Of a stretch of DNA of 48,076 nt, positions 1 to 8,458 are shown piece by piece. The stretch lies in assembly GCA_046484865.1 (NCBI GenBank), contig JAWOID010000049.1, positions 1 through 48,076 on the forward strand, given 5' to 3'. This DNA is from Candidatus Krumholzibacteriia bacterium (GTDB taxonomy: Bacteria; Krumholzibacteriota; Krumholzibacteriia; LZORAL124-64-63). The notes under the pieces were generated by a model. That model was not told the origin of the DNA and did not search any database. It saw only the letters and a list, made by a program, of their open reading frames with translations. Both the position numbers and the translations under genes were made by a program. Each line of letters begins with the position of its first letter. Position 1 is the stretch's first letter.

Positions 1-2
1 TG

Positions 3-404
3 CAGGACCGGCTCAGCCTGGTTCGTGGCGGCGATGGCGTCTTCCGCACCTACGGATCCGACGAGGAGGGCGACGCGACCCTCGTGCTGCTGCGCCGAAC
101 GGAGCTTCCGGATGCCGTGTCTGCGGAGTGCCTGGCCGCGATCCGTACCGGACGGTCGCCTCGCGAGGCCGGTCTGCACGGCCATTTCGTCGTGCGGGTC
201 GCCCTGGCCGAAATGGAGGACCGCGCCCGGGGCGGCGACATCGTCGGGCTGGAAGCTTGCCTGGAATACCTCGCGCGATCGGACCTGGTACCAACCCGCG
301 AACGCCTCCTCGTATTGGCGGACCGCCTCGTGGACGACGGGACCGAGCAGACCCGGCGAACCTTCAGGCGCATCGTCGAGATCGCCAGGGAGGCGGATGA
401 CTGA
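3..404 (+). CDS. 3' end of a hypothetical protein (5' end outside window)
   Basis: Frame is open from position 3 (QDRLSLVRGGDG...) to TGA at 402-404, with host-like GC-rich third positions. No family recognised. Confidence 0.55.
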   Translation, partial: QDRLSLVRGGDGVFRTYGSDEEGDATLVLLRRTELPDAVSAECLAAIRTGRSPREAGLHGHFVVRVALAEMEDRARGGDIVGLEACLEYLARSDLVPTRERLLVLADRLVDDGTEQTRRTFRRIVEIAREADD

Positions 405-433
405 GGCGCGGCGCCTCCGGCCCAATCTCCCCA

Positions 434-1300
434 TCAAACCCCAGAAGCAGCATCCTCAGCGAGCGCGACCGTGATCGTGTGGCGATCCCACGCGACCAGG
501 TTCAAGGATGTGGTCCCGTAGTCGCCCGCCGCCGTGACGATCTCGAGGTTCGGCAGCATGGTGCAGCGCCCGGAGCCATGGGTGTGGCCGCAAAGGACGA
601 CGATCTCGCACCGCGGGTTGTCGCGGGCTGTTTGCAAGAGCAGGTCGCCGACGGCCTTGCACGTGAACCCCGGCTGCCACGTCTCGGTCGAGAGGCGGCC
701 CTCGTGCCACGCCGCCTCCGGAAACGGAGGGACGTGCGTGAGGACGAGCACGTGGCGGGCGGCGCTCACCGCCTCGGCGAGGGCGGGACGCAGAGTCGCG
801 GCGGCCTGGTCACCGAGTTCCTGCAAGCGACGCTGCAGACCGGCTCTCTCCTTGAAGCCTGCGACGAGGTTGCCCCGGCCGGCGACCGCTTCCAGATCGG
901 CGATGGCGAGATAGTCGGTCAGCAGGGGTGCGCCGGAGAAATCGCCGTTGCGCGCATCGCCCCAGCCGCCCACGCCGACGAGGGCCAGGTTATCGTCCAG
1001 GCCGACGCAGCCCGCTGCCGGCAACCAGCACAGCGGCGGTGCGTCCAGCGGCTGGACGGCCGCGCGGACGGACGCGATATCGCGTCCGTAGTAGTCGTGA
1101 TTGCCCAGCACGACGTACACAGGGAGCGGAATCGCGTCGCGCAGGGTCGCGAGGTGCTCTCGTAGATCGCGGCCGTTCGAGATGTCTCCGCCGAGCAGGA
1201 GCGCTTCAGCGGGCGAAGCTACTACCCGTGCACAGAAGAACGCCAGCTCGTCGCCGACGAGGTGGTCGCAGTGCAGGTCGGTTGCCCAGGCGAGTTGCAT
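434..1300 (-). CDS. Calcineurin-like metallophosphoesterase (Icc/CpdA-like)
   Basis: Motifs TDLH, GGD, GNHD, THVPP and GHTH occur in canonical order. Start placed at ATG 1300 (MQLAWATDLH). Confidence 0.9.
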   Translation of the reverse strand: MQLAWATDLHCDHLVGDELAFFCARVVASPAEALLLGGDISNGRDLREHLATLRDAIPLPVYVVLGNHDYYGRDIASVRAAVQPLDAPPLCWLPAAGCVGLDDNLALVGVGGWGDARNGDFSGAPLLTDYLAIADLEAVAGRGNLVAGFKERAGLQRRLQELGDQAAATLRPALAEAVSAARHVLVLTHVPPFPEAAWHEGRLSTETWQPGFTCKAVGDLLLQTARDNPRCEIVVLCGHTHGSGRCTMLPNLEIVTAAGDYGTTSLNLVAWDRHTITVALAEDAASGV

Positions 1301-1485
1301 CGGTTTCCAGCGACTCCAGCCGTGATCGGGCCAGGTTACCATGATGCGATGAGAAGAGTACCAGATCCGGCTCGTCGGGACACTTGCTGGGCCGCCCACT
1401 CGATGGCACGGTTCCGCCGCGGCCGCCGACCTGCTATGCTCGGCCGGCAGTCCGGGCAGCGCGAGAAGGCGACCGACGAGGCACC

Positions 1486-2412
1486 ATGGACGATGTGACT
1501 CTCGACACCGACGTGCGCCGGGAAGCGTTCGCATTCCTCACGAACGCGGCGCAGTGGCATGGCGACGTGTTCCCGTGGGACGTGCTCGCGAACGGGTTCG
1601 TCTACCGGGGCCGACGTATCTGCCTCATCGGGCAGAAGGGGATCTGGAAGCCCAAGCTGCTGCCGCGCATGCCCATCAGCATCAGCACGGCGCCTCCACA
1701 TACGGGGCGCCCGGCCCCCTACGACGATGGGCTCGACGAGAGCGGACGGCTCAGCTATCGCTATCGCGGCACCGATCCCGCGCATCCCGACAACGCCGGG
1801 CTGCGGGAAGCGATGCGTACCGGCACCCCGCTGATCTACTTCTTCGGGGTGGCGAAGGGTCAGTACCTGGCGACCTGGCCGGTCTACATCGTGGACGACG
1901 CCCCCCGCGCGCTCACCTTCAAGGTCTCGGTCGACGATCGCGTGATCGGGATCGGACCGGAGGCCACGGCCGGCGCCGATTTCTCGCGCGACATCCGGCG
2001 GGAGTACGTGACGGTGGTGGCGGTCCGGCGGCTGCACCAGCAGGCCTTCCGTGCCCGCGTGATCCGCGCCTACCGCGAGCAGTGCGCGGTGTGCCGTCTC
2101 AAGCATGCCGAGCTGCTGGACGCCGCCCACATCCTGCCCGACGGGGACCCGCGCGGTGAACCGGTCCTCTCGAACGGCCTCGCGCTCTGCAAGATCCATC
2201 ATGCGGCCTTCGACCGGCACATCCTCGGTGTGCGTCCGGATCTCGTGGTCGAGGTCCGGCGCGACATCCTCGAGGAGGTCGACGGTCTGATGCTCCGCTA
2301 CGGCCTTCAGGAGATGACCGGCCGGGTCCTCAGCGTCCCGGCGCGGCGGCCGGACCGCCTGGACCCGAGCTTCCTGGAAGAAAGGTACGCCGCCTTCCGA
2401 CGTGCCGGGTGA
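1486..2412 (+). CDS. HNH endonuclease with SRA-like N-terminal domain (putative modification-dependent restriction enzyme)
   Basis: C-terminal CAVC...LLDAAHI...NGLALCKIHHAAFD (HNH_2 type). N-terminal PYDD...YRYRG...DNAGLREAM...PLIYF resembles an SRA fold. ATG at 1486. Confidence 0.85.
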   Translation: MDDVTLDTDVRREAFAFLTNAAQWHGDVFPWDVLANGFVYRGRRICLIGQKGIWKPKLLPRMPISISTAPPHTGRPAPYDDGLDESGRLSYRYRGTDPAHPDNAGLREAMRTGTPLIYFFGVAKGQYLATWPVYIVDDAPRALTFKVSVDDRVIGIGPEATAGADFSRDIRREYVTVVAVRRLHQQAFRARVIRAYREQCAVCRLKHAELLDAAHILPDGDPRGEPVLSNGLALCKIHHAAFDRHILGVRPDLVVEVRRDILEEVDGLMLRYGLQEMTGRVLSVPARRPDRLDPSFLEERYAAFRRAG

Positions 2413-2436
2413 TTTCCACGGTGAGAAAGCGGAAGC

Positions 2437-2733
2437 GAGTACCGGGGCCGCCTGGTGGAGACGGCGGTCGGGGCCTGGCTCTGGGATGCCGTCAGAGGGA
2501 CGCGCACCGGCCTGCACTACTGGTCGTCCGGTCGCGCGGAGCTGGACTTCGTCCTCAGCCGCGACGACCGGGTGGTCGCCATCGAGGTGAAGAGCGGACG
2601 GCCCGACCGACCGGCACCCGGGCTGGCGGCGTTCGCCAGGCAGCATCCGGTCACCCGGCGGCTGCTCGTGGGCGGCGATGGCATGCCGCTCGAGGAATTC
2701 CTGACGACGGATCCGCTCGATTGGCTGGGCTGA
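2437..2733 (+). pseudogene. C-terminal remnant of an AAA_14/DUF4143 ATPase (PD-(D/E)XK-like tail)
   Basis: GRLVETAVG...HYWSSGRAELDFVL...AIEVKSG parallels the C-termini of the intact genes at 17630 and 18894. No ATPase part; in-frame stop at 2422. Confidence 0.75.
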
Positions 2734-2755
2734 CGACAGCCCGGGGATCGTGATG

Positions 2756-2816
2756 CGGGTGCGCTGCGCGTCTGGTGCACCCGGGTGCGCTGCGCGTCTG
2801 GTGCACCCGGGCGCAC
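2756..2816. repeat. 2 x 26-bp tandem repeat containing GTGCACCCGGG palindromic cores
   Basis: CGGGTGCGCTGCGCGTCTGGTGCACC at 2756-2781 and 2782-2807, then a partial copy; lies between convergent genes. Confidence 0.85.
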
Positions 2817-2831
2817 TGGCGGGTCAGCCCC

Positions 2832-3959
2832 TCACCTCACCCCCGCACTCCCGCTCAGCGCCCGCCCCGCCTCGGCGCGGCCCAGGTCGGTCACCCGCAC
2901 GCGCGCGCCGTCGCGCTCCACCAGGCCGCGGTGAACCGCCAGTTCCACCACCCGGCGGGTGAACTCGGGCGTCCAGCCCACGTGCTTGCCGTGGAGGTGG
3001 TCCACGCGCGACTCCTCGGCCTCGTCCGGCTCGCCCTCGTGCTGCCACAGGTGGATGGCGAGCATGAGCTGCGCGAACTGCCAGCGCTGGCGGCGGCGCC
3101 GGCGCAGCACGGCCAAAAGACCCTGGCCGGGCGCCACCACGAACACCACCGCGAACACCGCGCCCACCGCCACGGCCATGCAGCCGGCGATGGACGCGTC
3201 GAGCAGGGTGGCCCACCAGAAGCCGAGCGCGGCCGCCACCGCGCCAAGCAGGGCCGACAGGCCGAGCATCGCGCCCAGGCGGTCGGTGAGCAGGTAGGCT
3301 GCGGCGGGCGGGCCGATCATCAGGGCCACGACGAGGATGAGTCCCACCGCGTCGAACGCGCCCACGGCGGTGAGCGACACCAGCGACATCAGACCGTAGT
3401 GGATCACCGCGGGCGAGAAGCCGAGCGCGGCGGCGAGGCCGGCGTCGAAGGTGGCCAGCTTCAGCTCCTTGAAGAAGAGGCCCACCGCGACCAGGTTCAG
3501 CGCCATGATGCCCGCCATCAGCCACAGTGCGCGCGGGCCCAGGTCGGTGCCGCCCACCACGAAGCGGTCGAACGGTGCGAAGGCCAGCTCTCCCAGCAGG
3601 ACGACGTCCACGTCCAGGTGCACGTTGCCGGCGTACCGGGTGATGAGCACCACGCCCACCGAGAAGAGGGCGGGGAAGACGAGGCCCATGGCCGCGTCCT
3701 CCTTGACGCGGCCGCTGCGGCTGAGCGCTTCCACCAGGGCCACGGTGAGCACGCCGGTAGCCGCGGCGCCGAACACCAGCCAGGGCGAGGCGAGGTCGCC
3801 GGTGAGGAAGAAGGCCACCACGATGCCGGGCAGGATGGAGTGACTGATGGCGTCCGACACCATCGCCAGCCGGCGCAGCACCAGGAACACGCCCACCACC
3901 GCGCAGGCCACGGCCGTGCAGCCGGCGATGGCGAGGATCTCGACCTGGGCGGCGCTCAT
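2832..3959 (-). CDS. Mn/Zn/Fe ABC transporter permease (TroD/MntD-like) with soluble C-terminal extension
   Basis: GVFLVLRRLAMVSDAISHSILPG and KELKLATFD ABC-3 motifs; start overlaps the upstream stop (ATGA). Confidence 0.92.
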   Translation of the reverse strand: MSAAQVEILAIAGCTAVACAVVGVFLVLRRLAMVSDAISHSILPGIVVAFFLTGDLASPWLVFGAAATGVLTVALVEALSRSGRVKEDAAMGLVFPALFSVGVVLITRYAGNVHLDVDVVLLGELAFAPFDRFVVGGTDLGPRALWLMAGIMALNLVAVGLFFKELKLATFDAGLAAALGFSPAVIHYGLMSLVSLTAVGAFDAVGLILVVALMIGPPAAAYLLTDRLGAMLGLSALLGAVAAALGFWWATLLDASIAGCMAVAVGAVFAVVFVVAPGQGLLAVLRRRRRQRWQFAQLMLAIHLWQHEGEPDEAEESRVDHLHGKHVGWTPEFTRRVVELAVHRGLVERDGARVRVTDLGRAEAGRALSGSAGVR

Positions 3960-5089
3960 CGCTGCACCTCCCCCTCGACGCGCTCGCGGGCGACGCTCAG
4001 GCCGCGCTCCGTGAGGGCCCAGCGGCCGGCGCCTTCCTCCCGCACCAGCCCGCGCTCGGCGAGCGCCGCGAGGCTGCGGCGCACCCCGGCGCTGACGCTC
4101 ATCGCCTGCAGGACCCCGGTGGCGTGGGGAGCGCGGGTGGGGTCGGGGTGCTGCGATGCGAGCCGGTAGAGGTCGGTCAGCACGTGCTCGCTGCTCAGGT
4201 GTCGCCGCTGGCGCCAGCGGCGCAACCAGGCGGCGACCAGTCCGCGGCCGGGCGCGAAGAGGAGCGAGAACACGGTGAGCGCGGTGACCACCAGGACGAT
4301 CGTGGGGCCGGTGGGCAGGCGCGGCACCAGGCCCGAGAGCACCGCGCCCACGAGCCCGCTGAGCGCGCCGAAGCCGCCGGCCAGGAGGACGAGCAAGCCC
4401 AGGCGATCGGTCCACTGGCGAGCGGCGGCCGCCGGGGCCACGATCATGGCGCTCATCAGCACCACGCCCACGGTCTGCAGTCCGATCACGATGGCCACCA
4501 CCAGCAAGGTGGTGAGCGCGACATCGAGGCGGCGCACCGGGAAGCCCAGCGCCGCGGCGAAGGCCGGGTCGAAGCTGAGCAGCTTGAATTCCTTCCAGAG
4601 CAGCGCCAGAACCAGCAGCACCAGGCCGCCGAGCACGGCCATGGTCACCAGGTCGTCGCCCACCAGCGCGGCGGCCTGCCCGAAGAGGAAGGTCTCGAGC
4701 CCGGCCTGACCGGCTCCCGCCCGCCGCTGGATCAACGAGAGCAGCACCATGCCCGCGCCGAAGAACACCGAGAGCGTGAGGCCCAGCGCGGTGTCGGTCT
4801 TCAGGCGGGTGGTGCGCACCACCAGCATGATCAGCAGCGCCGCGGTCCAGCCGGCGAGCGCCGCCCCGAGCACGAGCGCCAGCGGCGCCTTGCCGGCCAC
4901 CAGGAAGGCGAGCACGATGCCCGGCAGCGCGGCGTGGCTCACCGCGTCACCGAGCAGGCTCTGGCGGCGCAGCACCGCGAAGGTGCCGAGCATGCCGGCC
5001 ACCAGGCCGAGCGCGGCCGAACCCAAGGCCACGGTGCGCAAGGTGTAGTCGGTGACGAGATCGCGCAGGATGTCGACGACGACGCTCAC
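3956..5089 (-). CDS. Mn/Zn/Fe ABC transporter permease (TroC/MntC-like) with soluble C-terminal extension
   Basis: [23 protein letters not shown] and [13 protein letters not shown] start overlaps the ATPase stop (GTGA). Confidence 0.92.
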   Translation of the reverse strand: MSVVVDILRDLVTDYTLRTVALGSAALGLVAGMLGTFAVLRRQSLLGDAVSHAALPGIVLAFLVAGKAPLALVLGAALAGWTAALLIMLVVRTTRLKTDTALGLTLSVFFGAGMVLLSLIQRRAGAGQAGLETFLFGQAAALVGDDLVTMAVLGGLVLLVLALLWKEFKLLSFDPAFAAALGFPVRRLDVALTTLLVVAIVIGLQTVGVVLMSAMIVAPAAAARQWTDRLGLLVLLAGGFGALSGLVGAVLSGLVPRLPTGPTIVLVVTALTVFSLLFAPGRGLVAAWLRRWRQRRHLSSEHVLTDLYRLASQHPDPTRAPHATGVLQAMSVSAGVRRSLAALAERGLVREEGAGRWALTERGLSVARERVEGEVQR

Positions 5090-5952
5090 GGCCGGATCTT
5101 CCCGTAGCCGCCGAGGCCCAGGTCGCGGGTGCGGTCGCTGGCGCGCTCGCGCTCGTCGGCCGCGAGGTCGGCCGGGGCCTGGCGCTGCAGGAACTCCACG
5201 CGACCGCCGTAGGCCAGGCGCAGGTTCTCGGCCGTGAAGGCCTCGTCCACCGGGCCGCTGGCGATGCGGCGCACGTTGAGCAGGGTGACCCAGTCGAAGT
5301 ACTCGACCACCGTCTGCAGGTCGTGGTGCACCACCACCAGGGTGCGCTCCTGCTCGCGAAGCTCCTTCAGGAGGAGGACGATGGCGCGCTCGGTCTTCGC
5401 GTCCACGCCCTGGAAGGGTTCGTCCATGAAGTAGACCTGCGCGTCCTGCACGAGCGCGCGGGCCAGGAACACGCGCTGCTGCTGCCCGCCCGACAGCTCG
5501 CTGATCTGGCGGGCGGCGAAGTCCTCCATGCTCACCTTGGCGAGGGCGGCCGCGGCCTGGTCGCGCTCGCGCCGGCCCGGCCGCCGCAACCAGCCGAGAG
5601 CGCCGTAGCGGCCCATCATCACCACGTCGAGCACGGTGGTGGGGAAGTCCCAGTCGACGCTGCCGCGCTGGGGCACATAGCCCACCAGGTGCCGGTTCTC
5701 GCCATAGGAGCGGCCGTGGATCCGCACGCTGCCCGCGGCCGCGGGCACCAGGCCGAGGACGGCCTTGATGAGCGTCGTCTTGCCCGCGCCGTTGGGCCCC
5801 AGGACGGCCATGAGCTTGCCCCGGGGCACCGCCAGGTCCACGTCCCACAGGACCGGACGCTCGCGGTAGGCCACGGTGAGGTCGGTCACCTCGACGGCGC
5901 AGGACGTGCTCTCGGTGGTGCGGGCGGCGTCGCTGACGGTGGCATCGTTCAT
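5086..5952 (-). CDS. Metal ABC transporter ATP-binding protein (TroB/MntB-like)
   Basis: Walker [23 protein letters not shown] signature, MDEPF and HHDL; ATGA overlap with the upstream gene. Confidence 0.95.
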   Translation of the reverse strand: MNDATVSDAARTTESTSCAVEVTDLTVAYRERPVLWDVDLAVPRGKLMAVLGPNGAGKTTLIKAVLGLVPAAAGSVRIHGRSYGENRHLVGYVPQRGSVDWDFPTTVLDVVMMGRYGALGWLRRPGRRERDQAAAALAKVSMEDFAARQISELSGGQQQRVFLARALVQDAQVYFMDEPFQGVDAKTERAIVLLLKELREQERTLVVVHHDLQTVVEYFDWVTLLNVRRIASGPVDEAFTAENLRLAYGGRVEFLQRQAPADLAADERERASDRTRDLGLGGYGKIRP

Positions 5953-7100
5953 GGGTTCGCCTCGCCGGCGAGGGCCGCCACGATGGTGTCGACGTTGTGG
6001 TGGATCATCCCGACGTACGTGCCCGCCGGCGTGCCCGTGTCGCCCATGGCGTCGCTGTAGACCTCGCCGCCCACCACCACCTGGTGCCCGCGCGCGCGCA
6101 CGGCCTGCTGCACGGCCTCGATGGCTCGCGGCGACACCGACGTCTCCACGAACATCGCGGGAATCCGGCGGTCGGCGATCAGCGCGGCGAGGGCCTGCAC
6201 GTCGCCGGTGCCGGCCTCGGAGGCGGTGCTGATCCCCTGCAGCCCCACCACCTCCAGACCGTAGGCGCGGCCCAGGTAGTTGAAGGCGTCGTGGGCGGTG
6301 ACCAGCACGCGCTGATCCTCGGGGATGCGCGCGAACTCCTTGCGGGCGTATGCGTGCAGCTCGTCGAACCGCCCGCGGAGACGGTCGGCGCGTTCGCGGT
6401 ACGCGCCGGCGCGCTCGGGGTCCAGCTCGCTCAGCTTCGCCTCCACCGCGTCGAGCGCGAACCGCCACAGCTCCACGTCGAACCACACGTGCGGGTCGCG
6501 GGCGCCGTCCTGGGTGATGAGGCGGTCCTCCGGGACGGCCTCGGCGGCGGCGAGGGTGGGCTGGCGGGCGTCGAGGCGCTCGAGCACCTCGGCCATCTTC
6601 GCTTCCAGGTGCAACCCGTTGTAGACGATGAGGTCGGCGCGGCCGAGACGCTCGACGTCGCCGGCCGAGGCCTTGTACTGGTGCGGATCGAGGCCCGGTC
6701 CCATCAGGACGGTGAGCGCGACGTCGTCGCCGCCGATCTCGCGCACCAGGTCGCCGGTCTGCATGGTGGTGGTGGCCACGTTCAGCTTGCCGGCTGCCTT
6801 GCCGGCCGCGGCAGCGTCGCGTTCGCTGCCACCACCGCCGCCGCCGTCGCCGCCCTCGCCGCCGCAGCCGGCCAGCAGGGCGAACGATAAGAGCACCGCG
6901 ACCAGCGCGGCCAGCGCCGGACGTGCGAAAAGCGCTGGACGAGCGGACTGCGCATGGCGCGAGGAAAGCGCGGACGGCGGCGCCATGGCGGAGGGCGGCG
7001 CCATGGCGGACGGGGACGCCATGGCAGACGGCGAAGCCATGGCGGAAGGCGACGCCTTGGCGGCTGAAGCGGCCGGAGCGGGGAGGGGACAGCGTCTCAT
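5949..7100 (-). CDS. Metal ABC transporter substrate-binding lipoprotein (TroA/MntA-like)
   Basis: Lipobox [28 protein letters not shown] and YSDAMG motifs; ATG 7100 overlaps the regulator stop. Confidence 0.93.
   Translation of the reverse strand: MRRCPLPAPAASAAKASPSAMASPSAMASPSAMAPPSAMAPPSALSSRHAQSARPALFARPALAALVAVLLSFALLAGCGGEGGDGGGGGGSERDAAAAGKAAGKLNVATTTMQTGDLVREIGGDDVALTVLMGPGLDPHQYKASAGDVERLGRADLIVYNGLHLEAKMAEVLERLDARQPTLAAAEAVPEDRLITQDGARDPHVWFDVELWRFALDAVEAKLSELDPERAGAYRERADRLRGRFDELHAYARKEFARIPEDQRVLVTAHDAFNYLGRAYGLEVVGLQGISTASEAGTGDVQALAALIADRRIPAMFVETSVSPRAIEAVQQAVRARGHQVVVGGEVYSDAMGDTGTPAGTYVGMIHHNVDTIVAALAGEANP
6970..7059. repeat. 5 x 18-bp tandem repeat inside the TroA signal region
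   Basis: Units such as GCGGACGGCGGCGCCATG; on the minus strand they encode (M/K)A(S/P)PSA five times. Confidence 0.9.
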
Positions 7101-7744
7101 CGGTCAGTCTCCTTCACGACGGTGACGTACCCGGTGACCTCGGGGCCCACGACGCAGGGGCGGCCCTCCACCTCGAGCGTGACCGGCCCCGCGAACGGCC
7201 GTCCCTCGGTCACCGTGACGGTAGCACCCGGCTCGAAGCCGAGCGAGCGCAGGTACGCAGCGTGCTCGGGTCCGCGGCTCGCGACCTCCGTGACCGTGGC
7301 CACGTCGCCCTCGGAAAGGGCAGTCAGGCGCAGGTCGCTCGTCCGGGCACGAGGGATCGGGGTGCCGTGCGGGTCGGTGTCGGGGCGGCCGAGCCAGGCG
7401 TCGAGCCGGTCGAGGGCGTCGTCGCCGATGGCGTGCTCCCAGCGGTGCGCCTCCGCGTGGACGCGCTCGGGCGGCATCCCGAGCGCGCGCACCAGGAAGG
7501 TCTCCACCAGGCGGTGACGCCGCAGCACGTCCGTGGCGGCGCGCCGGCCGCTTGCGGTGAGGCGCACGCCCCGGTAGCGCTGGTAGCGCACGAGACGCTC
7601 GTCGGCCAGTCGCTGGAGCATGCCCGTCACCGACGGCTGCGCCACCTCGAGGCGCTCGGCCAGAACGCTCGTGGACGCGGGTCGGCCCGCCTCCTCGAGG
7701 CGCAGGATCTCGGTCAGATAGTTCGCCATGGACTCGCTGAGCAT
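7097..7744 (-). CDS. DtxR/MntR-family metal-dependent repressor with FeoA-like C-terminal domain
   Basis: [43 protein letters not shown] and DPHGTPIP motifs. Confidence 0.93.
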   Translation of the reverse strand: MLSESMANYLTEILRLEEAGRPASTSVLAERLEVAQPSVTGMLQRLADERLVRYQRYRGVRLTASGRRAATDVLRRHRLVETFLVRALGMPPERVHAEAHRWEHAIGDDALDRLDAWLGRPDTDPHGTPIPRARTSDLRLTALSEGDVATVTEVASRGPEHAAYLRSLGFEPGATVTVTEGRPFAGPVTLEVEGRPCVVGPEVTGYVTVVKETDR

Positions 7745-7746
7745 GA

Positions 7747-8000
7747 TCAGAACCTCGTCACGAGGCCGGCGCCGAAGAAGGTCTCGTCGTCGACGTCGCC
7801 CAGACCCTGGCCCACGCGCGCGTCGAGCGTTCACCGAGGCCGAAGCCGACCGCGACGGAGAGCCACTGCTGGAAGAACGTGTCGTCGGCGAACTCCACCT
7901 CGGCGCCCGGGTTCATGCGGAGCCCGGCGTTCTCAAACAGCGTCCATTCGGCCGCCAGCACCAGGTCGACGACTGTGTCGCCTGCGTCAATGTCGTCCGA
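7747..8000 (-). pseudogene. Deleted relic of an outer-membrane beta-barrel gene
   Basis: Two out-of-frame pieces: ...VVDLVLAAEWTLFENAGLRMNPG...QWLSVAVGFGLGER and LDARVGQGLGDVDDETFFGAGLVTRF-stop (terminal Phe). The stop is 2 nt before the mntR-like ATG. Confidence 0.55.
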
Positions 8001-8015
8001 ACCCGTTGACGCTAT

Positions 8016-8055
8016 TTAGGTCGTCCTAATTTAGACGAGATCCCGAATGTCGCAA
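8016..8055 (-). promoter_or_regulatory. Candidate promoter and DtxR/MntR-type operator of the metal ABC operon
   Basis: Inverted repeat TTAGG-TCGT-CCTAA (8016-8029) overlaps a minus-strand TTGCGA-16 bp-TAAATT. TTAGG..CCTAA is typical of DtxR-family boxes. Confidence 0.7.
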
Positions 8056-8215
8056 TGGACGAGTGCACCCGGCTGAACCGCGGCGCGGGCTGCCGGCTCG
8101 ACGACGGTGTACCCGGGTACACTGCGCCGGCGGCTGGACGAGTGCACCCGGCCGAACCGAGGCGGCGGGCTGCCGGTTGGACGGTGTACCCGGGTACACT
8201 GCGCCGGCGACCGGA
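8056..8215. repeat. 2 x ~79-bp direct repeat, each with the perfect palindrome GTGTACCCGGGTACAC
   Basis: Units start with TGGACGAGTGCACCCGG at 8056 and 8135; palindromes at 8107-8122 and 8184-8199. Confidence 0.9.
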
Positions 8216-8235
8216 CAGCGCTGATCAACCTGCGT

Positions 8236-8270
8236 ACGACGCAAGACGCACGACGCGCGACGCAGGACGC
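8236..8270. repeat. 5 x heptamer tandem repeat (NNGACGC)
   Basis: ACGACGC AAGACGC ACGACGC GCGACGC AGGACGC. Confidence 0.8.
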
Positions 8271-8348
8271 CGCCACCCATTGCTATTGATGGTCGACCTT
8301 CAGTGCCCTAGTCTCGCCGCGGTTTCTTCTTCCGGCGCAGCGGCCCGC

Positions 8349-8414
8349 GCGGGCCGCTTCGCTCGCGAGCCGACCGGTGCGGCGGGCCGCTTCGCTCGTG
8401 GGCCGGCCGGTGCG
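8349..8414. repeat. 2 x 33-bp tandem repeat
   Basis: GCGGGCCGCTTCGCTCG(C/T)G(A/G)GCCG(A/G)CCGGTGCG at 8349 and 8382. Confidence 0.8.
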
Positions 8415-8458
8415 CCGGGTCGGTCGATCCGGGGTTCCCAGTGGCAGTGGAGGTCGTC

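Noticed and set aside
1486..2733. Read-through fusion of the HNH gene with the DUF4143 tail
   Set aside because: Two in-frame TGA stops (2410 and 2422) intervene and no recoding signal is evident.
8107..8122. GTGTACCCGGGTACAC as a parS site
   Set aside because: It does not match the parS consensus, and canonical parS sites are present at 42932 and 43243.
8056..8215. Possible mini CRISPR array
   Set aside because: The whole unit is duplicated, so there are no unique spacers. There are only two copies and no cas genes.
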